A stretch of DNA of 64,000 nucleotides. It comes from Phoronis australis (taxonomy: Eukaryota; Animalia; Phoronida). Of the stretch, positions 1-12,400 are shown piece by piece. A program made the translations under genes and the position numbers. The stretch spans positions 202,485 to 266,484 of the forward strand of contig NMRA01000561.1 of NCBI GenBank assembly GCA_002633005.1, read 5' to 3'. Numbering within the stretch: the stretch's first letter is position 1; the number at the start of each line of letters is the position of its first letter. The notes below the pieces were generated by a model. That model saw only the letters and a program-made list of their open reading frames with translations, was not told where the DNA came from and did not search any database.

Positions 1-245
1 TGGCATAGAGAAAGAGTCATCACTCTGAGTCGAGTTACCAGTTGTGTATACAAACTGGGCACTAGTATATCCTAATCAACCTACCCTTGTGGAGTGAGTT
101 CAGAGCCTAGTGGGCATCAGATGTGACTCCCCTAAATGTGCAGTTAAAAATTTAGCTGTTTTGCTGCAACTGTAGCAGATCATCTGCCTTAGAGAACCAC
201 AGTGCCAAATTTTCTATTATTTTATATTACTTTAGGTGATCCTAC

Positions 246-3200
246 CTGAGTTAGAGTGAGGCAGTCCAGCGGGACAGTGGGCTTCTGGAACTCTTCTGAT
301 GTCGGGTTGAAAGGTTTAGGGACAGGGTTAGAATTAACATCGTGACCTGGGAATCGACTTCTCTGCTCAGTGCTGAAGTAAGTCCTGAAAATGAGCTTGC
401 TTTAGCAATATGTGATTATGAACAGAAGAGCTAATTGCAAAGAACTTGAATTATGGTTCAACCAAAAAGTTAATTTTTGAAGTTAAGTGCTATGAAAGCA
501 TAGTACTCTATATAGACAAAAAGTAAAAATTCCCTTTGCCCATGTTTGGTTGAAACAGAGAGGTTTAATTTTCGAAACATGTATTCAGGCAGTTTTATAA
601 TATTTTAAAAGATTATTGCAATTTTCAGGTTAAAAATCACAACTTGATGATTTATCATTCTAGTATAACAGATTGGACTTGCTATATTATGTCTGCAAAT
701 GTTTAAAAATAAAACAACTATTACTATTCACAATAATAACAATGATAATGACAATAATAATGACTATGATAATAATAATGATGTTACAATGCCAGCAATA
801 CTTACTTCCTGTCATGACCAATCTCAATAGTTTCAGGTGCAGGTGCAATGGGTCGCGCACGTTGGATGGACTTGGCTGCATAGTCAACCTGGGTTTGAGT
901 TTTGCCTGTGCTCTTGGCTCGCCGGTTGGGGTTTAACTGTGGCTTGCGGACAAGCTGCATAGCTGGTGAAGCTTTATCTCCCTTGTAAGTGGCTCTGTTT
1001 GTTGTTAAAAGATCCATATTGCCTGTAGAACAGATGGATATATGATCATAGACAAGTGTTGTTTGCCTAGAGATTGAAAATAGCACACAAGCTAAGGGGG
1101 GCAAAATGACTTAGTTTTTGCCAATCTTGCTGATAGATTTTGGAACAAGAGATGCCCGTAATTACCAAAAAGTTATTTACCTCATAGTTTAGCATTTGTG
1201 AGATTAAAAGTTTCAGAGATCGTAGGAATGTATTGAACTGAACTTCCTCAATCAATAACATCATTGAAAGCAAGAATGAAACAACAACAGACAATATCAA
1301 CAATTTCATAAAATCTCACCCTCGAGTTTAATATTTCCTTCATAAATCTTCACAGGCTCCTTCTTTGGAGCATAGGCTCCTGGAAATGAATGCTGTGTCA
1401 CAGATTGTAGTTTGCTTGGTTTCTCAGGGTACAGGATGGAACCTGTGAAGCTTGGTAATTCTCTGAATGTAATCTTTGGCTGATGAACCCACTGTTTGAA
1501 GTATTCTTTGTTTGTGGTTCTACCATCAAACTTGGAAGATGTTGCTCTCAGATACCTTGAAAATAGGACAAATGATTAGTAATGGTCACTCACAAGGGCC
1601 CCGGACCATGAATACCTGTTTCCAATGCTGAATACTTGGTATAGAACTAAACTCCAGGTCTCATTAAGTGATTGATGAATGTAAAACCAAGAGAAAAAGT
1701 TTCAGTGGAATGGTAATCTGCTATAAATCCAAGCTAAATTATTCCATGCAAATCAAGAGACCACTATTTGAGCCATTTTTTAATTTTGACTTTTTAACAA
1801 TATATTTATATTTTGTAACTATCCCATAATAACTGCCTGCAAAATGAAATAATTGTAAAGCTCTAGTATCAAATTTATCCAAATTAAATTAGATAAAATT
1901 TCAACCAACACATTCAGTCCATCATAAAGGGGTCATAAAATGCATCGCATAAATTTTTCTAGACTGTGATTAATATACAATTCTTCATTTTCATAAAACC
2001 TTTGTTTTCTAACCTTTTAGCAAGAAAATCTTAAGAAAGTGACACTGGGTTTATTTTCAGATGAAAGCAACAGAGCTTGAAAAACTCAGAAATTAAAAAC
2101 CTTAGTGTGTTTCATAATATTTACCTGTTTTGGGTCATAGGGCGCGCTGCTGCTTCTTGGTTTGGTAATGGCTTAAGGGTGAACTCTTGGGCGTAATAAC
2201 TGACTCCTTCAAGTGGCAGCCGGTCTGGGACATATTCATCATTCTGTTAAGGACAAGCATGACAATTTTAACAATATACCGTGTTGAAGTATTATAGTGT
2301 CAAAGCCTGTATACTCTGATTTTCACTTCATACCACAATGCTTTTAACTGACCCACACGACCATATCTTTTTGTAAAATTTAGTAAAAAAGAAATGCACG
2401 ATCATAGCAGAGCAACAGTATCAATAATCCGACGTAAACTATTAAAATGAAATCTCAGAAATTATCTTACATTCTTCAAAAAATATTTTATTTTATGAAG
2501 TTTGATTTTTTATAGGTCCACATGCAAATGTAGAACTTGTTAGGCTAACAGTATTTTGGAAAATAATGCATTGAGCACAGTATGTAAAAAATTCTTATGA
2601 ATTCATCCAGCCATTATGACTGAGACATGACGTTCAATAGTTCACCTACTGTTAATATTTTCAAGAGTACTACATCACCTCAAGTATTTACAGTGGGGAC
2701 CACTTCAAAAGTAACCATCCATTGTCACAATAAATAATATTGGGCCAGTATTGAAATTGGGTACCATTTAAGAAATCTAACCATTGACCACGGCAGATAC
2801 ATAATACATTATAGTGTAATGTGTATCAATTCCAGTTAGCACTCCAGGATTTAATGATCTTGAAATAAAACTTCAGCAAATAATAATTCAAAATAACCAA
2901 ACAAGCCACAGAGCAATTTCTTTTATTAGTACAAAATATATGTACTTTGAACAGATTTATTCCGAGAAGTAGTAAACATAAAGCAATTAATTTTTCCACT
3001 TTCTGATATACAAGTTGGCTCTTTATTTATACATCAACAAAAAGTAATTATTTGCTCGATCATAATGCTTCAGGCAAAATATTCTACACAGACCATTATC
3101 ACTTAAAATGTGCACAAATTTTTGATAAAAAATGAACTTTACTTACATGATCATAAAATTTGTCTCTGATGGTTGAAAGGTCAACATTATTATTAACATG

Positions 3201-5761
3201 TGAAAAATAATGAAAGCTAATACTTCTATTCTTTCAATGATTACAGTTACGATGATAATGATGCCAATAATAATAATGATGATAATAATGATAACAAGGA
3301 CAGTAACTGCATGAAAAATACCTCAGTTTAGGACTCATAGTTTCGTTAAATGGGATTTCATTTTTGGCACACTAAGTCTGAACAAAAATAATTTTAAGAA
3401 AACTTTACTTAGTTGTATGGTTTGCAAAATCTAGCAAAAATAGAAAGTGTCAATTCAGCAACAATTTTTACAATAATTTATTTTTTACACTAATAAATTA
3501 ACTTGTCCTTACTACCTTGATAAATGGCTTTTCTCTCTCCACGTAGCCGTTATCTTTAAAATCAGACCTCTGTACAGTATTAAACATCATGGGAGGTGGG
3601 TGAGGATCTCTTGGACTTGGCAGTGGACGCTTGCTGGATCGTGGTCGAGTGTCTCCGGGTCTGAATGTGCGCTGATAATCAGATAACATTGGTTCTGTAG
3701 GTCTTTTGTGGATTGGAATACTCTTCAACATATTTCTTTTGGAAGTCTTGAGGTTCTTATGACGCCTATAAATATTGAATGCAAGTGTTAGCTAATGTCA
3801 ACACTGTATCAAACCGTAGAAAGCGCGTCCAAACACTACATATGTCATTTCTTATACAAAAAATCTAGAAATATTCTAGATTCATTATTTAGAGAAGAGG
3901 TTAAGCCTCAGCTTGTCTACCACATGTGGTCCTCTCAATAAACAAGAGTAAGGTAAAATATTAATAATTAAAAATAAATAAAAATAATTTTAAGATGAGA
4001 TACATATATGAGAATGACTAAGAGCAATAAAATGATACAAAGACGGCAGAAATCATAAACGGAGTGAATTAATTGCATGTGGAGAATTTCTTGCTTACAC
4101 TGGTGACTGTCTCTGAGTCCCTAAGCCCCAGACAACTTTTACCATGCCTATTCAGCACGCCCTTTGTATTGATGTAGTTCTGAGCTAATGAAGTACGTGG
4201 AAAGGTAATTGCTAACATTACTGTCTCAACAATGGCTGTTGTTAGTAACCCCAATTTGGTTTTCTCTGACATTTGCAGAGTTATAGCCTGCAACTCTGGA
4301 GAGTAGTTTTAACTTGGTACATTATAAATATTACAAAATGACTAAAAAGGTTAACTTGTGTTTATCTTCAGAAAGGGTCACTTCCCAAAGGAACGATAAG
4401 TTTCATATTGGTTTTCTTTACTTAATTTTTAATGCATCTACCCACTTGTTTTTTTTTTCTTACCGGGAACGGGTTGATAACTTTTTATCTAAGTTTTGAA
4501 CTTGAAGTTCCAAAACTGGTAGATTTTGATCACCAGCTAAACTTAATTAGTTAAGTTCATTGTGATCCCATATCTAAACTTACTACATTACAGGTACACT
4601 AAACATTTCACGAGTCATTAAACTTTAATCTTTATTAGAACTCAAATCATAAGATATATACAAAAGTGCAAATTTGGTGATAACCAAACTGAAGATTTAG
4701 AATCTCTGGACAATTTTGGTGGCACTGACTATATATAACTATTCTAGCTCTTTATCAGTAATAAAAAATGAAAAGTGATGGGCACAACAACTGTTTCCTG
4801 GTCAAAAATCTGGTTAAACGAGATTGAAAGAATATTAAAAAATGAACCCATGTGATATTGTTTACTCTGATCAGCGTTTGTATATCCACCGAGTATATCA
4901 ATACGCGTGGTAGTAGTATTTTCAATCGTACGCAATGGAATTGTTGCTTTTAGATTATGAGTTCATCGATTTTTAAAAATCAAAAACTGCACTTGGTTGT
5001 TTTTTACCACCTGTGGTGTTCGTTTACAACAAAAATTAGTGGTTAATGCATTTTGAAAATTCGCCATTATGTACAGTCAGAGATGTTTAATACAGTTTAT
5101 GGTCGGATAATTACATTTAATTGGGTCTTGCTCGCATCAGGCAATGCGGTCATCACAGTTGTACCTGATTCCGGCACTGTGCTCTTTTTGATCCTGGTAC
5201 AAGCAGCTTAGAAGGACGAGCAGCGAAAATTCCCGCATATCTTCAGAAATGTGTGATAGTGTATTCACGGTACGGGTAGCAATTCCAACTCATCAAACAA
5301 GTGATGTTTAATCTTTAATGTTAAGGGACATGATAGGTAATTGCTACCGAAAAACTAATTTTTGTGATTCTGTGCTGAAACTGGCCTCTGAAAAATCACA
5401 CCTCTTCTTGTTGATAATGTCCTTTTCAAAGCAGTATAAAGCAAACTCGTATAATGCTGCGCAGATTCATTACGGCAGCATTGTTACAACTGCAGAAACA
5501 CAAGTGATAAGTACTGATATATATCCCTGACGAGAGTAAAAATTACTCAGGGTTTCACTGGCTCTGAACAAACGAGACTCTAAAAATCACCACTCTACAA
5601 CTCAGAGTTGCCAGGAACAATGAGTGAACTGACGAGTTGACGAGATTCGAGAATTCCCAAGAAACTTACCCACAGTCACACAGTTCCCCAATGTCACAAT
5701 TATCCGGCAGCTCCTCCATCATCCTCAGTGTATTTTCATCAATTCCGCGATCTACTGCCAT
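246..5761 (-). CDS. SAXO/FAM154-family (stabilizer of axonemal microtubules)-like protein, 3' end beyond the left edge of the window
   Basis: Phase-consistent GT-AG exons: 5761-5670, 3765-3513, 2243-2125, 1555-1320, 1022-806, 384-246. The N-terminus MAVDRG...CDIGELCDCGRHK resembles the SAXO CxCExCxCGRH motif. Recurrent Mn-like units follow (MMFNTVQRSDF, FDGRTTNKEYF, MDLLTTNRATY, FSTEQRSRF) with Pro-rich linkers. The gene structure is solid; the family call is from motif recall. Confidence 0.72.
719..785. repeat. Degenerate (ATA/ATG/ACA)n trinucleotide microsatellite; a similar tract lies at ~3250-3296
   Basis: caataataacaatgataatgacaataataatgactatgataataataatgatg; explains the Ile/Met-rich spurious ORFs at 673-936 and 687-887. 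Confidence 0.85.
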
Positions 5762-6475
5762 GGTCTCGTGGTTTGTGTGGGTCTCAATATCACAAACTTG
5801 TAAGACAACGGCGGTGTGTAAGATTACGTACTCGAGACAAATCGATGGAATTAATTGATTAAGAAGTTAGTGGAAATCTATCAGGCTTGTTAAGAAGTTA
5901 TCACATCAAGCTGTCAGCGGTGCTTATTCAGTCAACGTTTCTTGCCTAGATCCAAACGAGTAGTGTCAATTTACCCGAACGTAAATCACAAGTTGAAAAC
6001 TATAGTACACGTTTCTATGTACATTGGCCTAAGACCCCTAGTGATGGTTTATGGCAACCGACTGTTTAATTACCCTCCCTCCAACTGGTGTTCGTAAAAT
6101 GCATTATTCGATAAAAATATTTTCTGTTTGAGATTTCATAACATAGAAGCAAAACATGTGAACTTAGTACCCTTTCAAGACTTTCAAAACTGCTAATAAA
6201 AGAAAATAATGCAAAGCATTCTTTTTCAGAGGGAAGCTGTGCAATAGAAATGTTTTGCAACGCTAGCGCTCCAAGCGGTGCCTGCATTTCGTGCTTATAA
6301 CAATTAAAACAATTTTATAGTCTATATTTCTACTAATGAAGGCATACAGTTTTAAATTTCCCGTTAGTTTTCATGCTGAAAATAACATTAACACTTACAA
6401 TTTTCTTTTTTTCGAGTGCTTCTACATTTGTTTTTCTGTTGTTTTAGGAGGTTGACCTACTTTAGAAAAACGGAT
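5762..6475. promoter_or_regulatory. Putative bidirectional promoter (SAXO-like / VPS26C)
   Basis: Divergent ATGs at 5761(-) and 6476(+), with a locally CpG-richer interval. An RFX X-box-like half site GGTTTATGGCAAC lies at 6046-6058 (weak match). Confidence 0.5.
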
Positions 6476-9400
6476 ATGGCGACTACCATAGATATCAGGC
6501 TGAAGAAAGTGAATAAAACTTACAAGGAAGGCGTGAGTTTTTCGTTATCTCTGCAATCTAACATTGTTGCACGAATCAAAGGAGCATGCCACATAAAATA
6601 CGTGGTTTTCAATGTTACTGATAATCTGTTACACTTTTCAACTGATCATTAATCAACACTTGTGTTTGAGACTGACACCTCTCAGTCACACTGACTGGTC
6701 TCGTGTCTACTTCCTAGTTTACCTTTTCAGTTTTCCATTTGATGACTTCATTTTTAGGAGGTATAGTTTGGAACCACCAATTTCTAAGAGGGGAAGATTT
6801 ACAAGTTAAGATCCAGCAGACATGTTTACAAGTAAATTACTAAGAGACTACATCTGAGTTGGAGAAACGAAAGTTGAAAAATACATTTTTGGTGGAAGCT
6901 CCATAAGATGTATATAATCAAAACTCTTTTACACACTGAAAATATTGATGACAGAATATTTGGTATCAAAGTTTACAACTTGACCATGCATCAAGTATAA
7001 ATAGAATTGAGTTTGGTTGAAAGTAAAACATTCAACAGTTTTGGAAAAAACCGTGTTTATAACAATATTATCTATTTCATTTTTCGAAACATTTTGTACC
7101 ATCAAGTGGTTTTGTTTACTATATGAACATTGCAGTTTTTAATGACATGTAATATTGTCATGGTGTTATTTCCCTCATTTTTCACTTTGGCCTTGCCTTT
7201 GGGCATAGACAGTGGCCACGGTCTCTACTGGCACTGCCAGCAGAGATGGTGGAGCTCCTATAGGCACTTCATATGCCGGAAGCTTTTCAGCAAATTATGC
7301 CTGGCATTGATTAAATCATCAAAGTCACATTGTTATAAATACGTTTTACGCATATAAAGACACCTTAGGCTAAGCCATCCTTCCAGCTCGAACAAATACT
7401 TCCGTGATCAAACTTTTTCTTCAAGCAGTCCCTCGTTCAGTTCCCCAAATTGGTAACTCGCCATTTTAACACTGTGCGCAGCAGGTGGTGTGCACAGTGT
7501 GAAAATGGCGAGTTACCGATTTTGGGAACTGAAAAAGTTTAATAACAGGAGTATCTGTTTGAGTTGGAAGGAATTATATTACATCGACGGCCTCCAAAGG
7601 TTCTCACTGTGAACTTTGATGTTTTAATCATAGTGCGAGGTATAATTCGTTGAAAAGCTTCCGGAGTATGAAGCGCCTATATGAGCTCCACTGTCTCTAC
7701 TGACAGTGCCAGTAGAGATGGTGGTCACTGTCTAAGGCTGGCAAAGCCAAAGGCAAAGCTGTTTATTAGTTGTACATTACCATCCGCATCCATTTAAACA
7801 AGGAGTAGAGACTGGTTATAACTGTTGAATATTTTACTTTCAACCAAACTCAATTCTATTTATACTTGATGCATGGTCAAGTTGTAAACTTTGATACCAA
7901 ATATTCTGTCATCAATATTTTCAGTGTGTAAAAGAGTTTTGATTATATACATCTTATGGAGCTTACACCAATAATGTATTTTTCAACTTTCGTTTCTCCA
8001 ACTCAGATGTAGTCTCTTAGTAATTTACTAGTAAACATGTCTGCTGGATCTTAACTTATAAATCTTCCCCTCTTAGAAATTAGTGGATTCAATGGTGTGC
8101 ATGGACAATTATATATTTTAAATGTTGAATAAACATTATTTATACAGATGTGTTGCATTCGTTATTGCAGGAAGTTGTGGCTGGAGTTGTTGTTGTTGAT
8201 AGTAAAGGGGAGTGTTCTCATCAGGGCATTACTCTAACTGTAGATGGCGCTGTAGGTCTCCAGCTTAGCGCTAAGAGTGTTGGTGTGTTTGAAGCTTTTT
8301 ATAACTCATTGAAGGTGAGCTGTTTGTGTTGTTGTACATAGTCATGATAGTATTGCATTAAAGTTGGACCTCTTATCTTAGGTTGAGAAAATATCTAAGC
8401 TCAGAGGTTTTTTGTCATAGAGAATTCAAACTGTTTGAAATTCATATTCATCGGATTATGAATCAGTTAAAGGCGAAGGCAACCTTTTTCCATGTCATTT
8501 TGAGCTAAAATAAGGTGGGTTGGTTATCCTAGACATATTTTCCACTTAATTACAGCTTTTCGTAACTTTATTAATTACTCGTCTGCTACTCCGGAAGTGA
8601 CGTTTTAGGAGGCAAGCGTTTCCCGCCACTTGGTTTTGCGTTGAATTTACCGTGCGAATCTGTTCTATTCTACTTTTGTTTTGTGCTGTTTTTCAATAAT
8701 TGTCGCCACCACTTTCCATCGGCGAGTATTCTGCGGCAAGATAGGTTAGTAGAGAACTCAACTACGTTGGATTTAGGGATTGTTTAGTGTGTTGTAAGCT
8801 GAAAATGGCTGGAGTCGGTGACCCGTATCACAGTGACAGTAGTGTGAGTGACGGAGACCTTGTTCACAGCAGTGGTGACGAGGAATTTTTTCACGGACAT
8901 TCAGTGGGTGGGTACATGTTTGAGCCCGAGTATAACGAGGCAGAGTACGCACAGGCACAGGCAGCTGTTGAGAGAAACGAGGCGGCTACTGAGGACAGAC
9001 GTGGTGACACATCTTGGTGCAAATGCACTGTGTGCGTTGTTATGCCTACCTCAATGGAATGCTTGTGCTGTTCAGAGTTCGACGAGGCCAAGCCACTACT
9101 GGACATGGTTAAGTGGACCTCCGGCACACCACGGACAGAGGAACAACTGTCCCACTTTCCAGAGTGTCCCGCGACACACTCCCACTGGATGGTGACCTGA
9201 GCACCCAAACTGCTTACATCGTGTCGTGTGACTCCCTCGCCACACACCTGGCACCTTCTAAATAGACAAGTCCATAATAAACTTATCAAAGTTTGGCTCA
9301 CCGATCTGTTCACTGAACGACAAACTGTCCTCTTCACTGGAGGTCAAACTGGGCGTGTAATCACTCCCACTACTCAATATCACTGTAGGGCTGCTTAGAG

Positions 9401-12400
9401 GCTCTGGGCTGGAGAAAACAGCACAGGGCGAATCACTACTGGTTCCAGGAATTGCACGCTCTGGGGTACGTTCGGAGGCACGGGTGACAGTAGATGAAGT
9501 GCCTCCACTGGCTCCAGTCACTGTACTGGCCACAGCTCGCGAGGCTTCTCGCTTCAAAATCGCACTTCTCGGGGGTGGCGACGGGGCACTGCCGGGAATC
9601 TACACAGACGGAATGGCATCCTTCTTAAGGCGTTGTTTCGCAGGGACCTTCATCAGTTCAGCGTACAAATCCCTTTCGTAACAGGAGGGCAGAAAGTGCT
9701 TGCCACACACACGGTAATTCTCCACTGCATTGTACGTTGCGTGGACGGGTAACGCTGCGTTCTTCCCACGAACGAGCCAAGTAGGGCGAAGTGTGCCATC
9801 CCTCATAAAGCGATGCAAACGTACTCCCAAAGCGCGCATGAGCCGATAATTAGTACATTCCGGTACGCAGCAACAGTGTGGCATGTTGACTGACTAGTAA
9901 ATGAAAGCAAAGGATGACAGAACTTAACACAACTGAGGTAGAACATTGACTGACTCTGCAGCTCTCACAGTCAGACTATATGAAAAGAAATTGGCGCGAA
10001 ATGCTTGCCTCCTAAAACGTCACTTCCGCACTAGCGGACGAGTAATTAATAAAATTACGAAAAGCTGTAATTAAGTGGAAAATATGTCTAGGATAACCGA
10101 AAAACCTTATTTTAGCTCAAAATGACATGGAAAAAGGTTGCCTTCGCCTTTAATGTGACACATTAATGGAGTTTACACTGACATTTCTCTACTAATTGAA
10201 CAACTTTGTGAGAAGGGTCCTTTAGGTTTTAGAACCTCTTGCGTTTGTATTGACTTACCTTGTTTGTATTAACTTACCTTGTTTGTATTGACTTACCTTG
10301 TTTGTATTGACTTACTTTGTTTGTATTGACTTACCTTGTTTGTATTAACTTACCTTGTTAGTATTGACTTACTTTGTTTGTATTGACTTACCTTGTTTGT
10401 ATTGACTTACTTTGTTTGTATTGACTTACCTTGTTTGTATTGACTTACCTTGTTTGTATTGACTTACCTTGTTTGTATTGACTTACCGTGTTTGCATTGA
10501 CTTATCGTGTTTGTATTGACTTACCTTCTTTGTATTGAATTACCTTCTTTGTATTGAGTTACCTTATTTATCGATTTTGACGGTTTCATTTCAGCCAATT
10601 CAACTTCTGACATATAACTTAGAGATCACCAAGCCAGGTAAATTGCCTAATGGAAGAACAGAGTTGCCCTTTGAAATCCCAGTCAAAGCCAAATCAAACA
10701 AACCGCTGTATGAAACGTACCATGGCGTGTTTGTTAATATACAGGTAAAGAATCTTTATTTTTTTCTGTATTAGGTATTGGAAAGTTTTTGTTTTATGCC
10801 AGATTAAATGTCAATATACTAGAGATCTTAAGTTAAAGGCATACAATTGGTTTTCGGCCCAAAATTGCATTTTCAGAATAATTGTTGGGTAGGATTGACT
10901 TCTTGGAGTTATTTCTTGTAACCAAAGCTAAAATATCATCAAAATCCGTTGTGTTTTTGTTGTTGTTTTAGATATTAGCTTCCAACTATTGGGTAAAGTC
11001 AAATTAAATTAATGCTAGTTACCTGAACAGTACAATGTGTTTAAAACTACTACTTCAACATTGACTCTTAACTCTACATCATTGTTGTTGTTAATATCAC
11101 TTAATACATTTAATTTTCTTATCATGTTGATTGTTCACTGAGTGGTCACCTTGTACCAATGACATGACCAACTGCACATTTGGCAGAACGTTCCAGATTC
11201 CAGTCCTGAGTGAAACAAATAGTTTCAGTCTGTTCACATATTTCGTGACATTGGCGTTTCTTTTTCTTATTAGATAAACTATAAATGGCCCGTTAATAGA
11301 ATTTAATTATACTGTAAAATAATGTAATTACGTAGTTATGATGTAAATATAGTTATAATATAATTATAATTTAAACGTAATTGTAATTATATAAAGTACA
11401 ATTAATTGAATGTTGCCTAGTGGTTGTCGTGTGCCTTCTTTCTGCATGTTAGATCTGAGTTGGACCAGAAATAATTTTCACTTTATCTGGGAGTACAGAG
11501 GATGCTCAGTATTCAAAATAAATGTCGACAAAACCTGTTGTTAGTCAGATAATTTGTAACATTATATTAAAGTAGCTCTGAAGATATTTGTTGTGTTTTA
11601 GTTCAGTCTATGTTTTGTGTGAGAAAGTGTCACTGACTTTTTGGTGTTATATCTTTAGTACATGATCAAAGTGGAAATGAAGCGATCACTGCTCAACAAA
11701 GACCTTGTGAAACAGACAGAGTTTATAGTGGAGAACAGGCCGGATAAACAGAAGCTGGATGTTCGTCAAGTGCCTTTCACCATCACTCCCGAGACATTGC
11801 AGAGTGTGAAGGAGGTACATAAGCTGACTGGGTGTTGAAAACTTTCAAGCTGGCTTTATTAACCAATATGTTTTCTGGGAGATTGAGTCTGCACAACTCC
11901 AAGCTTTTATGCAATTTTCTGTTTAGAGTATTAGGTAGCTGGATGGTTGTTGAGCTACTGTGATTTCTCATAGAATGCCCACTGATGTGTCATATTGGCT
12001 TACATGTGATTATTTTGTATGGAACCAAACGGATTAGAAATAATGTAACTGAATTGTGACAGTATGAATGTTAAGTGCCATGTAAGTTGCTGAATAATTT
12101 AAAGAACAATTTCTGGTCTATGTCCAGTAAGCTCAGTGTTGTATTGCCATTGAAAAACACTGCACATTTTGGGCTATATGTTCCTTCCTGCATAATACGC
12201 CAATCCTGCAAAGATGACCTGTTTGCAAAAAAATGTTGATTTGTTTTCTTAAAATTTGTGTAGTTCATGCCATATGTTAGCATAGTTATTAGCATGCAAG
12301 TACAACTGTTGTATCTTCCAAGCCAGGTTTGGATCTTTTCTGTAAACTTCAATCCCCAGTAAAGGAGGTCTACTACCCAGACTCATGTTCGACAGTTGAG

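Larger units (their letters stand above)
8471..10149. mobile_element. Kolobok-type DNA transposon, internally deleted non-autonomous copy, in VPS26C intron 2
   Basis: TTAA target duplication at 8467-8470 and 10150-10153. TIRs are ~158 bp (8471-8628 / 9992-10149) and begin AGGCGAAGGCAACC. Two convergent coding remnants (THAP transposase on -, Cys-rich ORF on +) match the two-gene Kolobok layout. Confidence 0.88.

Noticed and set aside
8471-10149. piggyBac assignment based on the TTAA TSD
   Set aside because: The termini start AGG rather than CCY, and a THAP domain with a convergent second ORF fits Kolobok better.
10833-10970. TTAAAGGCATAC... possible transposon terminus
   Set aside because: No matching opposite end or TSD found by eye.
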